Shown in pieces: positions 12,673-22,381 of a DNA stretch of 64,000 nt. This stretch comes from Eubacteriales bacterium. GTDB taxonomy: Bacteria > Bacillota > Clostridia > Oscillospirales > CAG-272. Position numbers and translations under genes: made by a program. The stretch covers positions 3,253 to 67,252 of the forward strand of contig JAZQXT010000080.1 in the NCBI GenBank assembly GCA_045633005.1. Reading direction: 5' to 3'. Each line of letters opens with the position of its first letter. Position 1 is the stretch's first letter. The notes under the pieces were generated by a model. The model was not told where the DNA came from and searched no databases. It worked only from the letters and a program-made list of their open reading frames with translations.

Positions 12673-13500
12673 ATGAAAACAGGAATAATTATCACGTTTG
12701 ACAAAAACGTTGACGAGCATATAAAAAAGACCGCCGAGCTTGGCATTCCCACCGTTCAGCTTCGCTGTTGGAGCAGCGCCGACCTGACCACAGAGATAGC
12801 CGACAAGGCTATTGCCGCTATGAAGCAATACGGCGTTAGCGCGTCTGCATTCTGGTGCGGATGGGACGGACTTTCAAGTTGGAATTTCTACGACGGTCCG
12901 CTCACCCTCGGTTTAGTTCCGCGCGATTACCGCGACGCGAGGGTGAAAATGCTTTTGAAGGGCGCTGAGATCGCGCACTATATGGGAATCGCCGACGTTA
13001 TTACTCACGTCGGATTCATCCCCGAAAACTGCTATACCACGGAATACCACGAGCTTGTCGCCGCGCTCAAATACATAGCGCGTCAGTTAAAGGGGCGCGG
13101 ACAGTATTTTCTCTTTGAAACGGGTCAGGAAACCCCCGTTACGCTCCTTCGCACCATCGAGGACGTTGGCACGGGCAACCTCGGCATTAACATCGACCCC
13201 GCCAACCTGCTTATGTACGGCAAGGCTAACCCCACCGACGCGCTTGACGTTTTCGGAAAATACGTCAGGGGCGTTCACGGCAAGGACGGCGAGTACCCTA
13301 CGGACGGTCGCCACCTCGGCGCCGAAAAGCCGATGGGAAAGGGGCGCGTGAACTTCCCCGTTTTCATAGCAAAGCTCAAAGAAATCGGCTACGACGGCGC
13401 GATAACTATCGAGCGTGAGATCGAGGGCGAGGAGCAGATACGCGATATCATCAACGCAAAAGCTCTGCTTGAAGGCATCTTCGCCGAGCTTAACGTGTGA
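12673..13500 (+). CDS. Sugar phosphate isomerase/epimerase (AP endonuclease 2 / xylose isomerase-like TIM barrel)
   Basis: FETGQE, NIDPANL, VHGKDG, GYDGAITIERE; AGGAG RBS. Confidence 0.82.
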   Translation: MKTGIIITFDKNVDEHIKKTAELGIPTVQLRCWSSADLTTEIADKAIAAMKQYGVSASAFWCGWDGLSSWNFYDGPLTLGLVPRDYRDARVKMLLKGAEIAHYMGIADVITHVGFIPENCYTTEYHELVAALKYIARQLKGRGQYFLFETGQETPVTLLRTIEDVGTGNLGINIDPANLLMYGKANPTDALDVFGKYVRGVHGKDGEYPTDGRHLGAEKPMGKGRVNFPVFIAKLKEIGYDGAITIEREIEGEEQIRDIINAKALLEGIFAELNV

Positions 13501-13607
13501 AAAAAGGGTGCAAACGCACCCTTTTTTCAAATTCTACCATATTTGTTTATTTTCAGTTAAGAAATTGGGTATATAATAATATCAACAAAGCTAAAAGGGG
13601 CAATAAA

Positions 13608-14009
13608 ATGAGATTGACTGAACGCTTATACAGATTTATGGCAGGAAGAAACGGCAACGATTCGCTCGGAAACGCGCTGATCGTGCTTTATTTGGCTTTA
13701 TTCATATTGAATATTTTTATAGGCTCACCCATAATTTCTATTCTGATCTTGGTGATCATGGGATACGAAATATTTCGAATGCTCTCACGAAATATATACG
13801 CGCGCCAGAAGGAAAATCGTGCTTGGCTGAAGGTTTGGGGAAAATTTAAGGGCTTTTTCAAGATGATACGAAATCGCTTCCGCGACAGAAAAACGCACGT
13901 CTATCGCAAATGCCCCGCCTGCAAAAACAACCTTCGCCTTCCGAAGAAAAAGGGCAAGCACACGGTAAACTGCCCCTGCTGTCACAAGAGATTTGAGGTC
14001 AAAATATAA
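13608..14009 (+). CDS. Small membrane protein with C-terminal Zn ribbon (conserved clostridial hypothetical)
   Basis: FMAGRNGND N-terminus, two TM segments, CPAC...CPCC. Confidence 0.75.
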   Translation: MRLTERLYRFMAGRNGNDSLGNALIVLYLALFILNIFIGSPIISILILVIMGYEIFRMLSRNIYARQKENRAWLKVWGKFKGFFKMIRNRFRDRKTHVYRKCPACKNNLRLPKKKGKHTVNCPCCHKRFEVKI

Positions 14010-14037
14010 GAAAAGGCTGCGATCGCAGCCTTTTCTT
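14008..14037. terminator. Bidirectional terminator
   Basis: aagaaaaggctgcgatcgcagccttttctt between convergent genes. Confidence 0.75.
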
Positions 14038-14863
14038 ATTTTCTTCTACCCGTTTTTATAAGGTAATCGTTGCACTGATACGTGTAGTCGGTCTGTATAA
14101 CGTCAAAGCCGTGATCAGCGAGCCATCCCCAACCGAGTGCGGGATCTTCGGAAACTGAAACATCGTCCGTATGTCCTGCGGAAAGGACTGTCTTATAGTT
14201 GAACACGATGGCGTTTCCGAAAGCGATCATACCGTCGGCGTGGAGCATATCGATATACTCCTTTGATGCCGTCATATCGTCCTCGGTCTTAAAAAGTGCC
14301 TCAACTCCCTGATAGTTGATGCTACGCTTTTTCAGCTCCTCGTGGGTGGTGTCAACTCCCGATGCGATAGTGAGATACGGAATTTCGGGGGCGTATCTTT
14401 CAACGTCGTCGATAAATTCGGGGCGGTTTGAGGTCTTGATGAACACCTGATCCTCCATACCGAGTCTGCGGACCGTTGCGGCTATCTCGCGCGGATGCTC
14501 CCAGAATTTATCTATATTCACGATACATTTGCCGCGCAAAAGCTCAAGCGCGTCAGCGAAGCGCAATATGCCGTACTGCGTGGGCGCAAGGTCGGAGTTT
14601 GAGAGCATAAAATGCTCGACTACAGAGGCGGGATAATTTCTTATCGAATCGGCAAAGCGAAGATGCACCCTCTCCATACCGGGATGCTGGATAAACAGCT
14701 CGCCGTCTGAGCTACTGTCTACGTCAAGCTCAACTATATCCGCGCCCGCTTTTACAGCCGCCTTGAACGCGGCTGCCGAGTTACAGGGCACGTTGCCTCC
14801 GCACGCGCCGCGATGGGCGGCAATAAGCACGCCTCTTTCTTTAGCTAACTTTAAAAGTTCCAT
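14036..14863 (-). CDS. Glycerophosphodiester phosphodiesterase family protein
   Basis: IAAHRG, GADIVELDV, C-terminal IQTD. Confidence 0.82.
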   Translation of the reverse strand: MELLKLAKERGVLIAAHRGACGGNVPCNSAAAFKAAVKAGADIVELDVDSSSDGELFIQHPGMERVHLRFADSIRNYPASVVEHFMLSNSDLAPTQYGILRFADALELLRGKCIVNIDKFWEHPREIAATVRRLGMEDQVFIKTSNRPEFIDDVERYAPEIPYLTIASGVDTTHEELKKRSINYQGVEALFKTEDDMTASKEYIDMLHADGMIAFGNAIVFNYKTVLSAGHTDDVSVSEDPALGWGWLADHGFDVIQTDYTYQCNDYLIKTGRRK

Positions 14864-14875
14864 AGTTACCCTCTA

Positions 14876-15829
14876 TCAAAGATATTTTTGAAGTGCCTTT
14901 ATAAGATTCTCGGAATAAATCGAGAAACCGAGATCGTTTGGATGAAGCACCTTATCGGCAAAAAGTGCGGGAACTGGCGGCACGAGCGTCAAGCCGTCGA
15001 TATGTATAAGTTCGCGCTTCTCCGACTCGCTGATAACGACGTCGCGGCAAGCCGCAAAGCGTGCGTAGGACTCTTCATTCTTGAGTCCGCGCCAAATGGG
15101 AGAGATAACGAATATCTTCTTGTCCGAGAAATCCTCGCAAAGCAGATCAAGGAAGCCCGAAACCTGCACGCGCATATCGTCAAGCGTGGGGAAATGATTG
15201 AAATCGTTAGTTCCGAGCGAGATGATAACCGCATCGGGCTCGTAATCTATCTTATCGTAGGCTTTGATGCGGAAATAGATTCCACCGATGCCCTGAATGA
15301 TGCTGTCGGCATTGAAGAACATCGACACGCGCTGAGCGTACGCAAGAGTATCGTACTTTGACTCCCACCCCTGCGTTATCGAGTCACCGATAAAGAGCAT
15401 CTTCATATCAAAATCGTGGGGGCGCACGAATGCGCCGTCGTCGACTTCAACGGAGCTTATCGCGCCGCCCTCGTCGTGATTCGGGAAATAGAGCGTTACT
15501 CTGTATTCGTCAAGCTCCTCGCCGATAACGCCCTTTGCCTCTGCCACTATCGGCTCGCTCTTGTCTCTGTCGGCGGGGTACTGCTCTCGTAGCAAGCCGT
15601 TGATATAAAGCTCGAACTTGCCGCCGTAGGGAGCGTTAAAGACTACCTTTCGGGAATTGGTATGAAAATCAAGGCGCACGCCCGTGCTACCGCTCGAATT
15701 TCCCGCCATGCCCTTCCATACCTCGCGCTGTTTTGCGGTACTGCGGTAAAAATACAAAACTCCGTCGTTTTCGGCAATCTCGACCGTGCCGACGGCTATT
15801 TTTTTGATCTGGTCAAACGTAAGTTTCAT
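14876..15829 (-). CDS. SGNH/GDSL hydrolase (esterase)
   Basis: FIGDSITQG, SLGTND, DKVLHPN. Confidence 0.82.
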   Translation of the reverse strand: MKLTFDQIKKIAVGTVEIAENDGVLYFYRSTAKQREVWKGMAGNSSGSTGVRLDFHTNSRKVVFNAPYGGKFELYINGLLREQYPADRDKSEPIVAEAKGVIGEELDEYRVTLYFPNHDEGGAISSVEVDDGAFVRPHDFDMKMLFIGDSITQGWESKYDTLAYAQRVSMFFNADSIIQGIGGIYFRIKAYDKIDYEPDAVIISLGTNDFNHFPTLDDMRVQVSGFLDLLCEDFSDKKIFVISPIWRGLKNEESYARFAACRDVVISESEKRELIHIDGLTLVPPVPALFADKVLHPNDLGFSIYSENLIKALQKYL

Positions 15830-16539
15830 TTTATCTCCTTGTCTGAATAATCCTTGCCGAGAACGGCAAAGACGGTCTTAAACATAAGTCCGATATCTCC
15901 AAAAAAGCTGAACGCCTTCAGAGCACGAAGATTATATTTCATCTTTTGCGGCAGTATGCTGTTGACGTACACCTCGTCCACGTCGACCGCGCCATCGAGC
16001 AGCTTTGCCTCATCCTTATAATAAATGCTTGCCTCCGAGGTGATGCCTGCGGGAAGCAGGAGCGTTGCGAGCATTTCGGGGGTATATTTATCCACGTATT
16101 TCGTGACCTCGGGGCGCGTTCCTACGAATGTCATAGAGCCGCCGAGAACGTTGAGAAGCTGTGGGATCTCGTCAAGACGGCAATTTCTTATCACGCGACC
16201 GACGCGCGTTATGCGCATATCGCCCTTTACGGTAACGAGACTGCCCGATTTATCGGCATCCGCGCGCATAGTTCTGAACTTGAATATTCTGAACTGCTTA
16301 CCGTACTGCGTAACTCTTACCTGACGGTAGAAAACGCTACCCTTGGAATCGAGCTTTATTGCGATAGCGAGGATCAAAAACACGGGCGAGAGCAAAAGAA
16401 GCATCACGAGCGACACGAAAACGTCAAACATACGCTTAAATGCGAGGGCAACGCTCTTTTTACGAAGGATATCGTAATATTCCCTCACCGTATCGTTTTG
16501 CATCTCCTTGGGGAGTTTATCAAATTTTTTAAGGATCAT
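15826..16539 (-). CDS. Bacterial sugar transferase (priming phosphoglycosyl transferase)
   Basis: KRMFD, FKFRTM, RLDEIPQLLNV, GTRPE. Confidence 0.9.
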   Translation of the reverse strand: MILKKFDKLPKEMQNDTVREYYDILRKKSVALAFKRMFDVFVSLVMLLLLSPVFLILAIAIKLDSKGSVFYRQVRVTQYGKQFRIFKFRTMRADADKSGSLVTVKGDMRITRVGRVIRNCRLDEIPQLLNVLGGSMTFVGTRPEVTKYVDKYTPEMLATLLLPAGITSEASIYYKDEAKLLDGAVDVDEVYVNSILPQKMKYNLRALKAFSFFGDIGLMFKTVFAVLGKDYSDKEIK

Positions 16540-17741
16540 TTCACGTATTCTTTAACGATATCGATATAGTTTTCGATAACGTAGTCTATTTCCTCTTGTG
16601 TCAAAAGTGTGTGCAGGGGGAGTGTTATCTCGTTGGCAAAGAAGCTATACGCATTGGGATAATCGCTTATATCAAAGCCGAGATTTTTATACGCCGTGTG
16701 CATCGGAAGCGGCTTGTAATGCACGTTGCAGGCAATTTCGCGCTCTGCCATTTTCGTAATTATAGCACTTCTCTGCTCCGAGTCTATTCCATTGACTCTC
16801 GTGATATAAAGATGTCCCGACGAGGTGTAAGAGTCGGTATAATGCTCCAGCGTCTGTATTCCGACGGCTTTGAATGCCGCATCGTATTTTTCGATAATGG
16901 CGCGGCGGCGTTCAAGAAGCGCGGGATAGCGTTCAAGCTGAACGAGCCCCATAGCGGCGGCAACGTCGGTCATATTGCATTTATACCAAGTACCGATTAT
17001 ATCGTATTCCCACGCGCCAAGCTGGGTCTTTGCAAGTGCGTCCTTTGATTGACCGTGGAGTGAAAACAGCTGTATCTTTTTGTATATTTCGTCGTTTGCA
17101 ACGCCGTCAATATCGCGCCAAGTGAGTGCGCCGCCCTCTGCGGTGGTAAAGTTTTTTACCGCGTGGAAGGAAAACGCCGTAAAATCAGCGATCGCGCCGA
17201 CCATTTTTCCGTCGCGTGAAGCTCCGAGCGCGTGAGCCGCGTCGGCAACGACGGCAATTCTGCCTATTGCGCTTTGAATATCGTTTTTAGGAGTGAACAA
17301 TGACTTTTTGGCGTTTACTATATCGTATATCCTATCGTAATCGCAGGGGATACCCGCGATATCTACGGGAACTATCGCTTTCGTCGCAGGGGTTATAGCA
17401 TCCGCGAGCTTGTCGTAATCTATAACGGGAGTGTCCTTTATAGTGTCCACAAGCACTATTTTTGCGCCGACGTGGTCTATTACCGACGCTGATGCGGTAT
17501 AGGTATACGCCGTGGTGATGACCTCGTCGCCCTCGCCTATTCCAAGCACGCGCAGAGCCATTTCCGCGCAAGCCGTCTGCGAATTCAGGCACACTGCGCG
17601 GTTGACTCCGACGTATTCGGCTATTTCGGCTTCAAGCTTTTTTACCCTCGGTCCCGTCGTTATCCAACCGGAACGTAACGCCTCGGCTACCTCGTTTATT
17701 TCGGCTTCGGTTATATCGGGAGGTGAAAACTGAACTTTCAT
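16536..17741 (-). CDS. DegT/DnrJ/EryC1/StrS PLP-dependent sugar aminotransferase
   Basis: SGWITTGP, DAAHALG, FSFHAVKNFTTAEGG. Confidence 0.92.
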   Translation of the reverse strand: MKVQFSPPDITEAEINEVAEALRSGWITTGPRVKKLEAEIAEYVGVNRAVCLNSQTACAEMALRVLGIGEGDEVITTAYTYTASASVIDHVGAKIVLVDTIKDTPVIDYDKLADAITPATKAIVPVDIAGIPCDYDRIYDIVNAKKSLFTPKNDIQSAIGRIAVVADAAHALGASRDGKMVGAIADFTAFSFHAVKNFTTAEGGALTWRDIDGVANDEIYKKIQLFSLHGQSKDALAKTQLGAWEYDIIGTWYKCNMTDVAAAMGLVQLERYPALLERRRAIIEKYDAAFKAVGIQTLEHYTDSYTSSGHLYITRVNGIDSEQRSAIITKMAEREIACNVHYKPLPMHTAYKNLGFDISDYPNAYSFFANEITLPLHTLLTQEEIDYVIENYIDIVKEYVK

Positions 17742-17863
17742 ACTTATCCTCTTTAATATCTTTTTGTGAAATTATAAAATTTCATTATATATTATATCAC
17801 AATTTCCCAATAAGGTCAAGCAAAATATCAAAAACGGTGTCGGGTTTTGCGGATATACAAAAA

Positions 17864-18083
17864 GGGGCTGTATCAGTTAGATGCAGAAGACGTGATTTTG
17901 CCGTCGTCGGCGTACGAGGGTACGCCAGAGGGCAAAAGCGCGGCTAAAAAATACGTATAAAAATCGAAATCCGTGAGGATTTCTACCTAAAAGACCGCTT
18001 TCTTCATCCTTTGGGACGAAAAAAACGGTCTTTTTTCTTTACTTATTTTTGTATTTTTGTTCTGCGCTAAATGAGGCAGCCCC
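17864..18083. mobile_element. Candidate MITE, 220 bp, non-coding
   Basis: Imperfect ~23-bp terminal inverted repeats GGGGCTGtaTCAgTTAGatGCAGA / TCTGCgCTAAaTGAggCAGCCCC, with three internal hairpins. Confidence 0.55.
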
Positions 18084-18095
18084 AGTATGGAGTTA

Positions 18096-19328
18096 TTATT
18101 TCTTGCGTTTTACGGTAAGCGCGCACACCGCAAGCGCGGGAATGAGCGCAAGCACAACTGCGGAACCGCAACCGCCCTCCTGCGCCGCAGTGGTTTCGGG
18201 CGCGGTAGTTTCTGGCACGGTAGTTTCAGGAACTGTTGTTCCAGGCTCGGGAACAGTGGTTTCGGGAACCGTCGTGTCGGACAGCTTCATTCCCGTTGCG
18301 GTTATCGTTATATCGCCCGTGACGTTTTCAATAAGAACGGTGCCATCCTTGTAGCAGCTCGACGTGATATCCACGCCGCCCATCGTGATCTTTACGTCTA
18401 TGTATTCTTGCGACGAGGTCAGCTTTTCGGTAAACTTTTCGCCACGGCGTACGGCGCTGTAATATTTCAAGTTTGCTTGGGTATTTTTCAGCTTGTGGGT
18501 TAAAGTAAACGTTTCGCTCTCACCCGCCGTAACGGTGCATTTTTCAAGCATCACCTTCAGCACTTCGTCGGTGATTATATCCATTCCCTCCTCGGCGGGA
18601 TGGATACCGTCTGGCAGGTGAGCAAGAGTGAGCGGACCCGCAAAAAGGTTAACGTACGGTACTCCGTAATGGTCACAGACCGCGGCAAGCAGTTCGTTAC
18701 CGTCACGAAGCTCCGTTACGGAATAGTAGCTTGACGTGCGCGCGGGGAGAACGGCAACGATCTGTGTGGTTGGGAAGAAGTGCTTTATGCGCAGAATGGT
18801 GTGCGCATAAGCCTGCGAGAGCTTGCCCCACTGCACGGTGGTAAGGTCAACCTCGGTGGGCATTTTCGTGCTGTCAAATTTATCCACGATATTAAGCAAG
18901 CCGTAATCGTTGGTTCCTCCAAAAAGCACGATAACGTCAGGTCTGCCCTTTGCGCCGAGGTTCTCGATGCGCTGAAGGTTGCTGATGGCGGTCTTGTCCT
19001 TCTCATCCTTTCCGTCCACCGTAGTTCCGCTCCAGCTATCGTTTATGCCGAGCTTCGCGTCGAGGCGGTCGATGAGCTGCATCCACCAAGTATGCTTAAC
19101 GTCCTCAAAGAGATTGCTTCGCGGATAGTGCGCACTATGGAGAAGATTAAATCTGTCGGATTTGGGCACGTAGCCCTCAAAAGTGGAAATACTGTCGCCG
19201 AGAATGGATATTATTTTTCCGTTATAATCCGTCTCCTTGGAAGCGGCGGCGGCACCTACGGGCATCACGCACGCGATAGCGGCAACGGTGAGAATAAGCG
19301 CGGTGAGCGCAAAAATCAGTTTTTTCAT
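18096..19328 (-). CDS. Secreted, probably membrane-anchored SGNH/GDSL hydrolase
   Basis: Signal peptide, LGDSISTF, GGTND, DGIHP, TTVPE repeat linker, GGCGS plus C-terminal TM and basic tail. Confidence 0.82.
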   Translation of the reverse strand: MKKLIFALTALILTVAAIACVMPVGAAAASKETDYNGKIISILGDSISTFEGYVPKSDRFNLLHSAHYPRSNLFEDVKHTWWMQLIDRLDAKLGINDSWSGTTVDGKDEKDKTAISNLQRIENLGAKGRPDVIVLFGGTNDYGLLNIVDKFDSTKMPTEVDLTTVQWGKLSQAYAHTILRIKHFFPTTQIVAVLPARTSSYYSVTELRDGNELLAAVCDHYGVPYVNLFAGPLTLAHLPDGIHPAEEGMDIITDEVLKVMLEKCTVTAGESETFTLTHKLKNTQANLKYYSAVRRGEKFTEKLTSSQEYIDVKITMGGVDITSSCYKDGTVLIENVTGDITITATGMKLSDTTVPETTVPEPGTTVPETTVPETTAPETTAAQEGGCGSAVVLALIPALAVCALTVKRKK

Positions 19329-19415
19329 AGCTTTTTCCTCATTTTAGTGTATTTAATTCGAAGCTGTTGCAAGGATGCGGCGGATATCGCCAAGCACAAG
19401 CGTCCGCGCGCGTTT

Positions 19416-20624
19416 TTATCCAAACAGAATAGGCGCGCCCGTCAGGTAATTCAGATATTTCTCATCCGCTACCTCCGCGCCCTTTCTCATAACGAGATTG
19501 GAGATAACGCCCTTTCCGCCGTCGTTATCGGTAACGAGAACGGATTTGAACTTCGCCGTGTGCTTAAAATCAACTCTTACGTTGGTTACGACCGAGGCGA
19601 ACTGTCCCTCGGCATCAAAAAGCACCTGATAGTCGCCCGCGGGGGTGTACCAGAAGGACTGGCAGTTATCAAAAATGCTGACCGCGTTTTTTCCAAGCCT
19701 GAACGCCGTTGCGAACTGATCGCTGTAGCAGTAATCGTACCAGTTATTTCCGTTTACGTCCCAGAATCCAACGCTGTCAAGATATATATCTCCAAAGCCC
19801 GAATCAAAGTAAAGCGGATGGATGTTACGGAACATATTCGCGCTTCCCGTGACCTTTACGCCCTTATTGACCTTGCCTATGCGCATATTGGTAAATGTAT
19901 TATCGTGTCCCTCGACAAGCACGCCGATGCAGTCCTTTTTACCCGTTCCGACTATGTTTACGTTCATAATGTCGGCATCGGACGAGCCTGAGTTCGTGCC
20001 GTACTTGATGTGCAGACCGATGGTAACATTTTTCATTGAAACGTCGGATACGTACGTTTCTCTGCCCGCCTCGATATCCACGCCCTTGGCAACGCCGCTA
20101 CCGTCGATTATACCGCCGATGAGGGAATAACAGCTACCAGCCGTGAGGATGTCGTTGACCTCGGTATCCTTTGCACCGAGGCTTATCATTGCGTGCTTCG
20201 AGCTCCAATTTTTAGCCGCCTTTATTATCGCGTAATCGGAAAGCAAAAGGCAAACGCTCTTTTTAGGGTCAGCCGAGGTGCGAATGGGCGTTCTCAAGAC
20301 GTATTCTCCGTCGGGGAAGAATATCGTGCGGTTGGGATTTGCATCTATTACCGCCTGTATCTCGTCCTTAAGGTCCTCGCCCGTATTCGGCTTAACGTAA
20401 TCGGTAATGACCACGTAATTGCTCGTTATATCGCCGTTTATTGCGGGTGACGAGGGGGTGGTAACGTCAGGCGACGACGTGTCGGGCGACGGAGTCGTGT
20501 TGTCGTTCGGGGTGGTGTCAGCGGATGAGTTGCCGCCGTTATTGCACGCGGGAAGACAAACTACTCCAAGGAGCATAAGCATTGCGTACAAAAAGCATAA
20601 AAAGCCAAGCTTGTTCTTTTTCAT
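19416..20624 (-). CDS. Lipoprotein with pectate-lyase-like beta-helix domain (GH28/pectate_lyase_3-like)
   Basis: Lipobox LPAC, Thr/Pro/Ser linker, IQAVID...TIFFPDGEY, Asn-ladder repeats. Confidence 0.7.
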   Translation of the reverse strand: MKKNKLGFLCFLYAMLMLLGVVCLPACNNGGNSSADTTPNDNTTPSPDTSSPDVTTPSSPAINGDITSNYVVITDYVKPNTGEDLKDEIQAVIDANPNRTIFFPDGEYVLRTPIRTSADPKKSVCLLLSDYAIIKAAKNWSSKHAMISLGAKDTEVNDILTAGSCYSLIGGIIDGSGVAKGVDIEAGRETYVSDVSMKNVTIGLHIKYGTNSGSSDADIMNVNIVGTGKKDCIGVLVEGHDNTFTNMRIGKVNKGVKVTGSANMFRNIHPLYFDSGFGDIYLDSVGFWDVNGNNWYDYCYSDQFATAFRLGKNAVSIFDNCQSFWYTPAGDYQVLFDAEGQFASVVTNVRVDFKHTAKFKSVLVTDNDGGKGVISNLVMRKGAEVADEKYLNYLTGAPILFG

Positions 20625-20752
20625 AGGAATATTCCTTTCCTTGTGGTCGTTAATACCATTATAACACAAAAACAGCAAAATTCAAGCCAAAATATGTCAA
20701 AAAAATGCAAAAGCCCCCGATTTTTTCGGGGGCTTTGGATATTCGGCTCGTC

Positions 20753-22183
20753 TTATTCAGCCGACTCTGCCTGCTCGACCTCTTCGGGAGCAGACTTGCT
20801 TTTGCTATTTCTGAAAATAAATCCGAGAAGCATTATTACGGCAAAAATTATGAGGTAGAATATCACAGGGAACGAGAACGTGCCGTTTTCACGGGCGGTA
20901 AGGAACGGAGTGACTCCGTGAGCGTAGACCGCCGCGAATATCATAAAGGCACAAGCGATGATCGAAAGAATGGGAAGAATGAAGCGCTTGAATACGCCTG
21001 CTCCCTTTTCCTTTATCATCCACGCAATGAACATAGGAATATACATTGCGTAGATGGTAACGATGGGAAGCTCGGAGGAGTCAAAGTTGAAAAGTCCAAA
21101 CCAGCCGCCATCGGTAAGGTTTGCCCCGTAGAAGTAAAGAAGCCACACGCCGCAGATGAACAATCCCCAAATGGACGAGTTGGTGGTCATATTGGTCGCC
21201 TTATCTATCTGAGCAAACATACGGGGCGAGGGGCCCTCGCCGCGTGCCGCAATGGCGTACATTCCGCGAGTTGCGCCAACCATAAGTCCGTTAAGCGTTC
21301 CAAGGCAGGAGACAACGACGCAGACGTTAAGGAGAGTTCCTCCGATACCGCCGAAGATGTTGGAGAACGCGGTGGTTGCGCCCTCCTTAATGAGAGTCTC
21401 GTTGGTTGCTCCGCCCGCAACGCCTATGTAATACATAATATAAGAAATAACTACGATGAAAGCGCCGATAACGAGCGCCAAGGGAAGATTTCTCTTGGGA
21501 TTTTCAAGCTCGGCGTTGATAGAAGTAGCAACTATCCAGCCCTCGTAAGCGAATACGGTGGCAACGACGGCGGCAAAAAGTCCGCCGCTGACAGTACCGC
21601 CAACCGCCTCACCGACCACGGTGGCAAAGTTATTCGTAAGAGTGCCGTTGGCAAAGCCTACGACAGTACCGACGACAGCCATAAGTGCGATGGGGATGAG
21701 CTTGATAACGGTTGCACTGACCTGAAATTTACCCGCAAGTCTCGGAGAAAGCGCGTTCATAGTGTAGGACGCAATAAGGAAGAAGCCCGAAAGTGCAAGA
21801 ACCTCGGAGCTTACCATATCCCAGCCGAAAAGAACGCCGAAATATCTTGCGGATACCCAAGCAAGAACGGAGGTCATACCGGGATAGTAAACGTTTACCA
21901 TAAACCACGCAAGGTAGTAGCCGTAGCCCTTGCCGCAGGTAGCCTCGGCGTAGCCAACGACTCCGCTTACCTTTTCGTACTTGGTTGCCATTACCGCGAA
22001 TTGCGCCGAGCAAAGTATCATCAGAAGTCCCGTAATAGCCCACGCCGCTATACCGATGGGCATATTTCCGCCCGTTGCGACAAGCACGTTCTGTGCCTTA
22101 AAGAACACGCCCGAGCCTATTACGGTACCCACGACCATACAAATAGCCGTAAGAAGACCGTACTTTCTTGTAAGTTTTTCCAT
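20753..22183 (-). CDS. APC-family amino acid permease
   Basis: VGTVIGSGVFF, FAYEGW, ENPKRNLP; about 12 TM segments. Confidence 0.9.
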   Translation of the reverse strand: MEKLTRKYGLLTAICMVVGTVIGSGVFFKAQNVLVATGGNMPIGIAAWAITGLLMILCSAQFAVMATKYEKVSGVVGYAEATCGKGYGYYLAWFMVNVYYPGMTSVLAWVSARYFGVLFGWDMVSSEVLALSGFFLIASYTMNALSPRLAGKFQVSATVIKLIPIALMAVVGTVVGFANGTLTNNFATVVGEAVGGTVSGGLFAAVVATVFAYEGWIVATSINAELENPKRNLPLALVIGAFIVVISYIMYYIGVAGGATNETLIKEGATTAFSNIFGGIGGTLLNVCVVVSCLGTLNGLMVGATRGMYAIAARGEGPSPRMFAQIDKATNMTTNSSIWGLFICGVWLLYFYGANLTDGGWFGLFNFDSSELPIVTIYAMYIPMFIAWMIKEKGAGVFKRFILPILSIIACAFMIFAAVYAHGVTPFLTARENGTFSFPVIFYLIIFAVIMLLGFIFRNSKSKSAPEEVEQAESAE

Positions 22184-22381
22184 AATTTTGCTCCTGAATA
22201 TAGAGTTTTTGCAGAGAAAGCTCTCCGATTAGTCACATTAAATCATATTTTAGCACATTTTTGGCGATTTGTAAATAAAAAACTTCATTTTTTTGCAACG
22301 TCAGTTCTGTTTTATGCATTTTACCAAAAACACGAACCCGCCGTGCTTCGCGCCTTTCGGCGCGAAGCACAGCGGTGTGCA

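Noticed and set aside
22184-22260. Glycine or lysine riboswitch before the amino acid permease (GGAGAG...ACTCT...CAGG fragments)
   Set aside because: Too short, and it lacks the CCGAAG core and pairing needed for an aptamer.
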